In this document: one piece after another, positions 1 through 7,291 of the stretch | How the letters are laid out: each line of letters opens with the position of its first letter | How positions within the stretch are numbered: position 1 is the first letter of the stretch | DNA from: Gammaproteobacteria bacterium Milos-ODIII6 | GTDB lineage: Bacteria > Pseudomonadota > Gammaproteobacteria > Chromatiales > Chromatiaceae | NCBI GenBank assembly: GCA_029228645.1 | Contig: JAPTHR010000001.1 | Location: 278,925-302,924 of the forward strand | Reading direction: 5' to 3' | Length of the DNA: 24,000 nucleotides | Made by a program: the position numbers and the translations under genes | The notes under the pieces: generated by a model | Seen by the model: the letters and a program-made list of their open reading frames with translations, nothing else | What the model was told of the DNA's origin: nothing | The model's database searches: none

Positions 1-107
1 GTGTGACCCCACAGGACCACGGGCTGGCGGGATGCAAGCTCAATCGCGAGCGCGGTGCCCCAGGAGCCTGCTCCGAGGACCGCGATCGTGTCGTCGCGAT
101 GATCCAA
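1..107 (-). CDS. gpsA: glycerol-3-phosphate dehydrogenase [NAD(P)+], 5' end only (runs off the window)
   Basis: Not in the ORF track. The reverse complement from TTG at 107 reads MDHRDDTIAVLGAGSWGTALAIELASRQPVVLWGH, the GxGxxG Rossmann N-terminus typical of GpsA. It begins 2 nt after the secB stop, matching the E. coli secB-gpsA order. The TTG start is uncertain. Confidence 0.75.
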   Translation of the reverse strand, partial: MDHRDDTIAVLGAGSWGTALAIELASRQPVVLWGH

Positions 108-109
108 GG

Positions 110-571
110 TCAGTGCGTTTCCTCTGAGGACTTCTGCTTCTGTGCCGCGACCTGCTGTGCGTACATCGCCTCGAAATTCACCGGCTGCAGGACGAACGGC
201 GCAAAAGTGCCACGCGTCGTCAGATCTGAAACGACTTCGCGCGCATAGGCGAACAGCGCATTCGGCGCCCCGATACCGAGGAGCGGTCCGAGCTGTTCCT
301 GCGGGATGTTTTTCGCGAGGAAGATGCCGGCCTGCTGGACTTCGACCAGATAGACACTGTTGTCTTCGTGCTTGGCTTCGACGTTGACCGTGAGGACAAC
401 CTCGTAGTTGGTCTCGTCAAGGGCGTTGATCTCGGTCTTGATGCCAACATTGACTTGCGGGGTCCAGTTCTCCACGAACACCTTCGGCGCGTTGGGCGAT
501 TCGAAGGAGATGTCCTTGGTGTAGATGCGCTGAATGGCGAATTGTGGTTCGTTTTGTTGCTCTTCGGACAT
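110..571 (-). CDS. secB: protein-export chaperone SecB
   Basis: The 153-aa ORF has FAIQRIYTKDISFESPNAP...VEVQQAGIF...YAREVVSDLTTRGTF..L.PVNFEAMY, near-colinear with E. coli SecB as I recall it. Confidence 0.95.
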   Translation of the reverse strand: MSEEQQNEPQFAIQRIYTKDISFESPNAPKVFVENWTPQVNVGIKTEINALDETNYEVVLTVNVEAKHEDNSVYLVEVQQAGIFLAKNIPQEQLGPLLGIGAPNALFAYAREVVSDLTTRGTFAPFVLQPVNFEAMYAQQVAAQKQKSSEETH

Positions 572-587
572 TGGGCAATCCCGTCGT

Positions 588-1010
588 TTACTTGCGTTTT
601 ACCGGTTGCCCGGCGTTTTCCCAGGCGAGCATGCCGCCACGGAGGTTGAATACCTGCTCGAAACCGGCCTTGCGCAGCGTGCTGCACGCGGCCTGTGAAC
701 GTGAGCCACTGCGGCACACCGCAATGATCGGCCTTTGTTTGTGTTTCTCCAGTTTCTGCAGCTGGTTGCTGAGTCCGTTCAGGGGAACGTTTTCGGCATT
801 CAGGATGTGTCCGTCCGAGAACTCTTTCATGGAGCGTATATCGAGCACCAACGCATCTTCGTGATTGATCTTGAGGGTCGCGTCCATCGGGTCGATGTTC
901 AACTTGCCCCCGGGATTGCTGACCAGGTTCCAGGTCAACGCACCGAGGGTGATCAGAAAGGCACTTACCAGCCAGATGTGGTTACCGGCGAACTCGAGAT
1001 ACTGTTCCAT
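588..1010 (-). CDS. membrane-anchored single-domain rhodanese (YibN-like sulfurtransferase)
   Basis: The 140-aa ORF has an N-terminal hydrophobic helix (IWLVSAFLITLGALTW), then a rhodanese fold with the active-site loop CRSGSRS (Cys codon 714-716). GAGGAAG lies 9 nt upstream of the ATG. It sits upstream of secB, as yibN does in E. coli. Confidence 0.9.
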   Translation of the reverse strand: MEQYLEFAGNHIWLVSAFLITLGALTWNLVSNPGGKLNIDPMDATLKINHEDALVLDIRSMKEFSDGHILNAENVPLNGLSNQLQKLEKHKQRPIIAVCRSGSRSQAACSTLRKAGFEQVFNLRGGMLAWENAGQPVKRK

Positions 1011-1033
1011 CTTTTCAAGACTTCCTCATGACA

Positions 1034-1064
1034 GAAAACGGGATGCCGTGGCGATCCCGTTTTC
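1034..1064 (-). terminator. bidirectional-type hairpin (second of two after the ArsR gene)
   Basis: GAAAACGGGAT (1034-1044) is a perfect 11-bp inverted repeat of ATCCCGTTTTC (1054-1064), with a 9-nt loop. An A-tract lies on one side and a T-tract on the other. The hairpin ends about 7 nt before the rhodanese SD. Confidence 0.5.
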
Positions 1065-1076
1065 CCTCGTTTCAAG

Positions 1077-1097
1077 AAAAACCCGCCACTGGGCGGG
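1077..1097 (-). terminator. rho-independent terminator of the ArsR-family gene
   Basis: The minus strand reads CCCGCC-CAGT-GGCGGG followed by TTTTTCTTG. The structure starts 8 nt after the stop at 1105. Confidence 0.6.
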
Positions 1098-1104
1098 CGT
1101 CGGC

Positions 1105-1479
1105 TCAGTGGCCGCTGGAGCAGAAGACTTCCCGCATCATCCCGATCAGGGCCAGGGTGCGATTGTCACTCACTTTGTAAAAGACGCGGTTGGCATCTTT
1201 TCGGGACGTGAGGATACCCTTATCGCGCAGGATCGCAAGATGCTGGGAGATGTTGCTTTGCGAGGTGCCAACCTGCTCGACGATATCCTGGACGCTGACC
1301 TCCTGGTCACCCAGGGTGCAGAGTATCTTCAGCCGCAACGGGTGCGACATGGCCTTGAGCGAGCGTGAGGCGCGATCGATGTCGGCGTCTCCCTCGAGCA
1401 AGGTGTAGTCGTGGTCTGTATCCGCGTTCACAACACTCACGTCCTCAATTGTAAAACTCATCACTAGCCGTACCCCCAT
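1105..1479 (-). CDS. ArsR/SmtB-family transcriptional regulator, YgaV/SqrR/BigR-like two-cysteine type
   Basis: It has a winged-HTH core, AMSHPLRLKILCTLGDQEVSVQDIVEQVGTSQSNISQHLAILRDKGIL..RKDANRVFY. It aligns by eye with E. coli YgaV (AMSHPKRLLILCML...NVYCP), including both Cys residues (codons 1318-1320 and 1120-1122). The start could instead be the ATG at 1461. Confidence 0.88.
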   Translation of the reverse strand: MGVRLVMSFTIEDVSVVNADTDHDYTLLEGDADIDRASRSLKAMSHPLRLKILCTLGDQEVSVQDIVEQVGTSQSNISQHLAILRDKGILTSRKDANRVFYKVSDNRTLALIGMMREVFCSSGH

Positions 1480-1639
1480 GCTGCTTTAATCGGTAGTGCA
1501 AAAACACTCTCGTATTCTCGTTATCGTGTTAACTCGGCCAGACGCCGGTAAGGGCAGGTGAAAACCCCACCGAATTTCTCCGCAGACCGCCTCTTGCGCA
1601 CAGGCTCGAGAGGGCGATGATCAGAGTTTCGCAAATTTA

Positions 1640-1705
1640 TTCTTTAATTATCGACCCGGGATTTAACCGAAAAATCCCCAGCGTTGCGAACTCTTTTCTT
1701 TAATT
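1640..1705. repeat. direct repeat pair TTCTTTAATT(A/G)TC, spaced 56 bp
   Basis: There are exact 10-mers at 1640-1649 and 1696-1705, with similarity continuing 3-6 nt further. Both lie in the AT-rich divergent intergenic region. Confidence 0.6.
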
Positions 1706-1714
1706 GTCACCAAA

Positions 1715-1772
1715 ATGTGGTTTATTTGAGCGCACATGCGCCATTCGCCGCTGCGATGCCGGATGTGGTTTA
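1715..1772. repeat. direct repeat pair ATGTGGTTTA, spaced 48 bp
   Basis: There are exact 10-mers at 1715-1724 and 1763-1772. Each reads as a 4-codon mini-ORF (ATG TGG TTT ATT TGA and ATG TGG TTT AAT TAG) without an SD. Confidence 0.6.
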
Positions 1773-1888
1773 ATTAGGTGCTGTCGCCCGGGTCGAAGTC
1801 GTCCCCGGGGGGATGGCAAGAAATCCATATTTTTCATGTAGTTGAGGTCGTGCCCTATGATGGCGGCGACCCTTGGTGAAGCGCTGTC

Positions 1889-3424
1889 ATGGACTGCAAG
1901 GTGAGACCGGCCGTATTGCTGATACTGGATGGCTGGGGTTTGAGTGACAAAACCGAATTCAATGCCATTGCGGCAGCGGAAAAACCGCGCTGGGATCGCC
2001 TCTGGTCAGCGTATCCGCACACCGCATTGCGCACTTCAGGGTCGGCGGTCGGCCTGCCGGGTGGCCAGATGGGCAATTCCGAGGTCGGTCACCTCAACCT
2101 CGGCTCCGGGCGGGTGGTCTACCAGGAATTCACCCGTGTCAGCCGTTCCATACGCACCGGCTCCTTTTTCAACAACCTCACCCTGACGGGCGCGGTGGAT
2201 CTGGCCAAGGCCAGCGGTAAAACCGTGCACATCCTCGGCCTGCTGTCCCCCGGTGGCGTACACAGTCACGAAGGCCAGATTCACGCGATGGTCAAACTGG
2301 CGCTGGAGCGGGGTGCTCGCACGGTCGTACATGCCTTTCTGGACGGGCGTGATATGCCGCCCAAATCGGCCGAGGCCTCGCTGAAGAAGCTCGAGGAGGT
2401 CTTCCAGGCCGAGGGCGGCGGACGGCTGGCGACCCTGATTGGCCGTTATTTCGCGATGGACCGGGATCATCGCTGGGACCGCATCAAGAAAGCCTACGAT
2501 CTGATCACCACAGGCCGGGGCGGTTATGCCTATGCCGACAGTATCAGCGCTTTGCAGGCGGCCTACGAGCGCGGTGAAACGGACGAGTTCGTTTCCCCTA
2601 GCTGTATCGGTGAGCCGTACCCGGTGGTCGACGGGGACGTGATTATCAACATGAACTACCGTTCCGACAGGGCGCGCCAGATCACCCGTCCTTTCATCGA
2701 GCCGGGGTTCGACTGCTTCGAACGCGAGGCGACGCCCAAGGTGGCGCAGTATGTCTCCCTGACCCAGTACAACAAGCAGTTCGATATCCCGGTGGCTTAT
2801 CCGCCGGAGCGCCTGCGCAATACCTTCGGCGAATACATCTCGAAGCTCGGCCTGCACCAGTTGCGCATCGCCGAAACGGAGAAGTACGCGCACGTGACCT
2901 TCTTCTTCAACGGCGGCGTGGAAGAGCCCTACGAGGGAGAGGACAGGATCCTGGTGCCGTCCCCGCGGGTGGCAACCTATGATCTGCAACCGGAGATGAG
3001 CGCGCCTGAAGTGACCGACAGGTTGGTCGAAGCCATCCAAAGTGGCAGCTACGATGCCATTATCTGCAACTACGCGAATGGCGACATGGTCGGCCACACT
3101 GGCAATTGCGAGGCGGCCGTGCAGGCCATCGAAGTGCTCGACGAGTGTGTCGGTCGGGTAGTGGACGCTACTCTCGCGGCCGGCGGCGAACTTCTTATTA
3201 CCGCCGATCATGGCAACGCGGAACAAATGCGCGACCCGGAAATCGACCAACCCTATACCGCGCATACCACCAACCTCGTCCCCCTCATCTACGTTGGGCG
3301 GCAGGCCGATACGCTGCTCGAAAACGGGGCCTTGTGCGATGTGGCGCCGACCCTGCTCGAGATAATGGGGTTGTCGCAACCTCCGGAAATGACCGGTCGA
3401 TCCCTGTTTGGAGATGCCGACTGA
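1889..3424 (+). CDS. gpmI: 2,3-bisphosphoglycerate-independent phosphoglycerate mutase
   Basis: The 511-aa ORF carries [49 protein letters not shown] and ITADHGNAE, which are iPGM signature blocks. Confidence 0.95.
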   Translation: MDCKVRPAVLLILDGWGLSDKTEFNAIAAAEKPRWDRLWSAYPHTALRTSGSAVGLPGGQMGNSEVGHLNLGSGRVVYQEFTRVSRSIRTGSFFNNLTLTGAVDLAKASGKTVHILGLLSPGGVHSHEGQIHAMVKLALERGARTVVHAFLDGRDMPPKSAEASLKKLEEVFQAEGGGRLATLIGRYFAMDRDHRWDRIKKAYDLITTGRGGYAYADSISALQAAYERGETDEFVSPSCIGEPYPVVDGDVIINMNYRSDRARQITRPFIEPGFDCFEREATPKVAQYVSLTQYNKQFDIPVAYPPERLRNTFGEYISKLGLHQLRIAETEKYAHVTFFFNGGVEEPYEGEDRILVPSPRVATYDLQPEMSAPEVTDRLVEAIQSGSYDAIICNYANGDMVGHTGNCEAAVQAIEVLDECVGRVVDATLAAGGELLITADHGNAEQMRDPEIDQPYTAHTTNLVPLIYVGRQADTLLENGALCDVAPTLLEIMGLSQPPEMTGRSLFGDAD

Positions 3425-3431
3425 CGCCCGC

Positions 3432-4661
3432 ATGGACAGCTTCCGCTACAGCCTGGAGAAAGGCGGCCGGAGGCCCAACCGGCCGCCTTTTTTTGTGCTC
3501 CTGTTGCTACTCCTGCTGGCGCAGGGACCTCCGACCCCGTCAGCTGCCGCTGCGCAGGCGCCTGCCAGCCCAAAACAACGCCAGGCCGAGTTGCAACAGT
3601 TGCGCCAGCGGATCGGCCAACTTCAGGCGGAGATCTCGAGCAAAGAAGGCAAGCAGTCCGAACTCGGACAGCGCCTGCAGGAGAGCGAGCGCGAGATCGG
3701 CGTCATCGCGAGAGGGCTGCGGGTCCTGGGCGGCCGCCTGGAGCGCCAGGCAGAGCGTTTGCGCGCACTGCATGATCAGGAGGAGGGTCAGTCGCACGCC
3801 CTGGAAAGGGAGCGTGAACTCCTGGCGCAACAGGTTCGTTCGGCTTACGTCGTCGGACGCCAGGAGCAGTTCAGAATCCTGCTCAACCAGCAGGACCCGG
3901 CGGTGCTCACCCGGACCCTGGCCTACTACGATTATCTGAACCGCGAACGTGCGCGTCGCATGCAGGCGATCCGAAGGCAACTGGATGATTTGGCCAGTAC
4001 GCGGGCCGAGATTGGCACCCAGCAAAGCCGCCTCGAGAAGCTGCAGGAGCAACAGCAGGCGCAGAAACAATCCCTGGAACAGGAGCAGCTGGCCCGCCGC
4101 GGGGTGCTTTTGGCCCTCGCGGGCGAGCTCAAGGATCAGTCGCTCCAGCTGGAGCGTCTGCGCAAGGACGAGCAGCAGCTCGACAGTCTGTTACGCGGGC
4201 TCCAGGACGCGCTCGCGGACGTGTCCGCTGGCCCAGTCGAACAGCTTCCGTTCGCCAAGGTTCGCGGCAAGCTGGAGTGGCCGGTTCGGGGCAGGATCCG
4301 GCATTCCTTCGGTGAAACCAAGATCGGTAAGCTCGAATGGGATGGTGTTATGATCGGCACGCCGGAGGGTAGCGAAATCAGGGCGGTGCACGCGGGCCGG
4401 ATTGCGTTTGCCGACTGGTTACGGGGTTTCGGCCTGCTCCTGATCATCGATCATGGCGACGGTTTTATGACCCTCTACGGACATAACCAGAGCCTGTTCA
4501 AGGAGGCGGGTGACTGGGTCGACGCGGGGGAGCCGGTCGCGGCCGCCGGCAACACGGGTGGACAGAAGAAGAGCGGTGTCTATTTCGCAATCCGGCGTCA
4601 TGGCAAGGCCATCGATCCACAGCAGTGGTGTCGCCGCACAAAGGGAAAATCCGTTGGCTAA
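3432..4661 (+). CDS. envC: murein hydrolase activator EnvC (coiled-coil plus LytM/M23 domain)
   Basis: It has a signal-like N-terminus (RRPNRPPFFVLLLLLLLAQG...AAAAQA), a long Q/E/L/R coiled-coil region and a C-terminal LytM domain (GVMIGTPEGSEIRAVHAGRIAFADWLRGFGLLLIIDHGDGFMTLYGHN). It follows gpmI as in E. coli. The start is ambiguous: TTG 3408, ATG 3414, ATG 3432 or GTG 3495. Confidence 0.85.
   Translation: MDSFRYSLEKGGRRPNRPPFFVLLLLLLLAQGPPTPSAAAAQAPASPKQRQAELQQLRQRIGQLQAEISSKEGKQSELGQRLQESEREIGVIARGLRVLGGRLERQAERLRALHDQEEGQSHALERERELLAQQVRSAYVVGRQEQFRILLNQQDPAVLTRTLAYYDYLNRERARRMQAIRRQLDDLASTRAEIGTQQSRLEKLQEQQQAQKQSLEQEQLARRGVLLALAGELKDQSLQLERLRKDEQQLDSLLRGLQDALADVSAGPVEQLPFAKVRGKLEWPVRGRIRHSFGETKIGKLEWDGVMIGTPEGSEIRAVHAGRIAFADWLRGFGLLLIIDHGDGFMTLYGHNQSLFKEAGDWVDAGEPVAAAGNTGGQKKSGVYFAIRRHGKAIDPQQWCRRTKGKSVG
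3459..3494 (+). terminator. strong rho-independent terminator after gpmI
   Basis: AAAGGCGGCCGG (3459-3470) is a perfect 12-bp inverted repeat of CCGGCCGCCTTT (3479-3490), with an 8-nt loop. The T-run extends to 7 T (3488-3494). It lies 35 nt after the gpmI stop. Confidence 0.75.
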
Positions 4662-5997
4662 TACTTTTAAGCCGTTGAACCTGATTCTGGCCGCCGTTCT
4701 GGCTCTGTTTGCCCCTCTCTCACTGCAAGCCAAGGAACCGTCCGAGGCGACATCGACCCTGCCGGTCGAGGAGCTGCGCGTCTTCGCCGAGGTCTTCAGC
4801 CGGATAAAGAAGGACTACGTCGAACCGGTAGAGGACCGCGAACTGCTGCGCGATGCCATTCGCGGCATGCTGAGCGGTTTAGACCCGCATTCCGCCTACC
4901 TCGACGAAGAGGAATTCAACGAACTGCGCGTCGGCACCAGTGGCGAGTTCGGCGGCCTCGGGATCGAGGTTGGCATGGAGGACGGCTTCATCAAGGTGAT
5001 CGCCCCGATCGACGACACCCCCGCGCAACGGGCGGGCGTCGAGGCCGGGGATCTGATCATCCGAATCGATGATCAGGCGGTCAAGGGTCTGAGCCTGGAT
5101 GAGGCGGTCAAGCTCATGCGCGGCAAGCCGGGCACCGAGGTCGAGCTGCAGATCCTGCGAGAGGGGCGCGAAGCGCCGTTCAAGGTGACCCTCGAGCGCG
5201 CCATCATCAAGACGGTCAGTGTCAAGTCGCGCATGCTGGAACCCGGCTACGCCTATATCCGCCTGTCCCAGTTCCAGTCGCGCAGCACGGATGACCTGCT
5301 CAAGGCCGTGGAGGATATGCAGCAGGATTCCAAGGATCAGCTCAAGGGCCTGATCCTGGACCTGCGCAACAACCCCGGTGGCGTGCTGCAGGCGGCGGTT
5401 GGGGTCGCTGATGCCTTCCTCGAGAGCGGTGCGATCGTTTACACCGAGGGACGGGTGGACGACTCCCAGCTCAATTTCGAGGCCTCGCCGGATGACGTCC
5501 TGCAGGGTGCGCCGCTCGTGGTCCTGGTCAACGGTGGCTCGGCATCGGCGTCCGAGATCGTGGCCGGCGCCCTGCAGGATCATCGCCGCGCGGTGATCAT
5601 GGGTCAGCCCACCTTCGGCAAGGGTTCGGTCCAGTCGATTGTGCCGGTCAACGAGAAGACGGCCATCAAGCTGACCACCGCGCGTTACTTCACTCCCAAC
5701 GGCCGCTCCATCCAGGCGGAGGGGATAGTTCCGGACATCATCCTGCAGAACCTCACCGTGGCCAAGGCGGAGGGTGAACAAGCGACCCTGAAAGAGGCGC
5801 AACTCGTGGATCATCTCGACAATAATTCCAATGGCAGCGAGCCCAAGACCCCGATGAAAAACAACAAACCCAAGCGCCCTGAAAAACTGGATAAGGCAGA
5901 CGAAAAACTACCCCTTGCCCAGCGGGACTACGCCCTGAGCGAGGCCCTCAACCTGCTCAAGGGGCTGGCGATCCTCAGTGACCGGGAGGGCACGTGA
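4654..5997 (+). CDS. ctpA: carboxy-terminal processing protease (S41 family, PDZ-containing)
   Basis: It contains a PDZ block (GGLGIEV..DGFIKVIAPIDDTPAQRAGVEAGDLIIRID) and an S41 core (LDLRNNPGG...VLVNGGSASASEIVAGALQD..RAVIMGQPTFGKGSVQ). I chose TTG at 4654, which has AAGGGA 7-8 nt upstream and gives the signal peptide MANTFKPLNLILAAVLALFAPLSLQA. ATG 4600 and TTG 4675 are alternatives. Confidence 0.85.
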   Translation: MANTFKPLNLILAAVLALFAPLSLQAKEPSEATSTLPVEELRVFAEVFSRIKKDYVEPVEDRELLRDAIRGMLSGLDPHSAYLDEEEFNELRVGTSGEFGGLGIEVGMEDGFIKVIAPIDDTPAQRAGVEAGDLIIRIDDQAVKGLSLDEAVKLMRGKPGTEVELQILREGREAPFKVTLERAIIKTVSVKSRMLEPGYAYIRLSQFQSRSTDDLLKAVEDMQQDSKDQLKGLILDLRNNPGGVLQAAVGVADAFLESGAIVYTEGRVDDSQLNFEASPDDVLQGAPLVVLVNGGSASASEIVAGALQDHRRAVIMGQPTFGKGSVQSIVPVNEKTAIKLTTARYFTPNGRSIQAEGIVPDIILQNLTVAKAEGEQATLKEAQLVDHLDNNSNGSEPKTPMKNNKPKRPEKLDKADEKLPLAQRDYALSEALNLLKGLAILSDREGT

Positions 5998-6821
5998 TGC
6001 GGGTTCTGCTTGCCGCGTTGTTCCTCGCCACCACCGGACTGGCCCGGGCAGAGGCCTATCTCGCGATCATCATCGACGATCTTGGGCACAGCTATGCACG
6101 CGCACAGGCGGTGCTCGACCTTCCCAAGCCGGTCACCGTTTCGGTCCTGCCGCGTCTGGCCTGGAGTCGCACCATCGCCCTCGAGGCACACGCTCAGGGG
6201 CGCGAAAGCATGCTGCACCAGCCGATGACATCAATCAGGCATCTGCCCCTCGGCCCCGGCGCACTGACCCCGGAGCACAGCAGCAGGGATATGGATGAGG
6301 TACTCAAGACAAACCTCGCTTCGGTGCCGCACGCCGCCGGCGTCAACAATCACATGGGTAGCCTGCTGACTGGAAAAGAGCGCAGCATGAGTGGGTTCAT
6401 GTCGGCGTTGCGCGGCCAGGGCGGGCTGTACTTCGTCGACAGCCGCACCGGGATCATGTCCCGGGCGGCGCAAAAGGCCCACCTGGCCGGCCTGTCCACC
6501 GCACGCCGGGACGTCTTCCTGGACAACGAGAGAGACCCGCTTCAGATTCGCCAACGCCTGCTTGAGGCGGTCAACGTGGCCCGCCTCAAGGGCACCGCGG
6601 TCGCGATCGGTCACCCCCACCCGGAGACGATCGAGGTATTGGCGGCGGAATTGCCGAAGCTTGCCGAGCACAATGTCGAGCTGGTCCCCGTTTCCCGACT
6701 GATAGCACTGCAGAGGAGAACCAAGGTATGGCGCGCGTCCTCGTCCCCCTTGCCGAAGGTTGCGAAGAGCTCGAAGCCGTCACCATCATCGACCTGCTGC
6801 GAAGAGCCGGTATCGAGGTGA
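5997..6821 (+). CDS. yibQ: divergent polysaccharide deacetylase family protein (YibQ-like)
   Basis: It has a signal peptide followed by LAIIIDDLG....A...L..PVT.SVLP......A.EAHAQGRE.MLH.PM...NNHMGS and a GHPHPETI block, typical of YibQ. It is preceded by GGGAGGG, and its start overlaps the ctpA stop (TGATG). The last ~31 aa form an S/P-rich tail that overlaps the next gene. Confidence 0.8.
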   Translation: MRVLLAALFLATTGLARAEAYLAIIIDDLGHSYARAQAVLDLPKPVTVSVLPRLAWSRTIALEAHAQGRESMLHQPMTSIRHLPLGPGALTPEHSSRDMDEVLKTNLASVPHAAGVNNHMGSLLTGKERSMSGFMSALRGQGGLYFVDSRTGIMSRAAQKAHLAGLSTARRDVFLDNERDPLQIRQRLLEAVNVARLKGTAVAIGHPHPETIEVLAAELPKLAEHNVELVPVSRLIALQRRTKVWRASSSPLPKVAKSSKPSPSSTCCEEPVSR

Positions 6822-7279
6822 CCACCGCCGGCCTGCTGGAAGGTCCGGTCAAATGCAGCCGCGGGGTCGTGCTGCTCCCCGATACCACCCTGGAGGAGGC
6901 TCTGCGCGATGCCTATGACATGGTCGTGCTGCCCGGCGGCCTGCCGGGCGCCGATCATCTGAAGGCCGATCCGCGCATTGCCCAACTCCTGCGCGACATG
7001 CTGGACCGTGATGCCTTCACCGCGGCGATTTGCGCTGCGCCCAAGGTGCTCGCGCACGCCGGCCTGTTGCAGGGTCGCGAGGCGACCGCCTACCCTGGGG
7101 TGCTGCAGGCGGAGGATCTGCCCGAGACCCGCCTGTCCGAACAGGCGGTCGTGCGGGATGGCAAGCTCATCACCTCGCGCGGCCCGGGAACCGCCATGGA
7201 CTTTGCGCTGGCACTGATCGAGGCGCTCGAGGGCAGCGAAAAACGCGAGGCCGTGGAAGGGCCGCTGGTGCGAGCCTGA
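6728..7279 (+). CDS. yajL: DJ-1/PfpI family protein (YajL/ThiJ-like)
   Basis: The 183-aa ORF has VLVPLAEGCEELEAVTIIDLLRRAG and the nucleophile elbow AICAAPKVL. A strong SD, AGAGGAGAA, lies about 7 nt upstream. Confidence 0.9.
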   Translation: MARVLVPLAEGCEELEAVTIIDLLRRAGIEVTTAGLLEGPVKCSRGVVLLPDTTLEEALRDAYDMVVLPGGLPGADHLKADPRIAQLLRDMLDRDAFTAAICAAPKVLAHAGLLQGREATAYPGVLQAEDLPETRLSEQAVVRDGKLITSRGPGTAMDFALALIEALEGSEKREAVEGPLVRA

Positions 7280-7291
7280 GGCATCGCTTGG

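Noticed and set aside
3-387. Plus-strand ORFs 3-248 and 142-387, and minus-strand ORF 220-717, overlapping secB and gpsA.
   Set aside because: They are alternative-frame or antisense shadows of the clearly identifiable secB, gpsA and rhodanese genes. Their translations are Arg/Ser/Pro-rich nonsense.
1480-1888. SqrR-type operator (ATTC-N8-GAAT) expected for a YgaV/SqrR-like regulator, and a 28-codon ORF starting at ATG 1617.
   Set aside because: ATTC occurs at 1514, 1639 and 1743, but none is followed by GAAT after 8 nt. The 28-codon ORF has no SD and runs through the repeat region, so it is probably fortuitous.
2036-3433. A 465-aa ORF antisense to gpmI. Similar very long antisense or alternative-frame ORFs occur at 4879-5814, 9146-10513, 10751-11713, 12267-13226, 13314-14732, 15228-17288, 18991-20124, 19710-20870 and 22593-23924.
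   Set aside because: Each one shadows a gene with an unambiguous family-level translation on the other strand. Their products are Arg/Ala/Gly/Pro/His-rich and low-complexity with no recognisable motifs. Stop-free antisense frames are an expected by-product of GC-rich third-position codon bias. There is no sequence evidence for overlapping genes.
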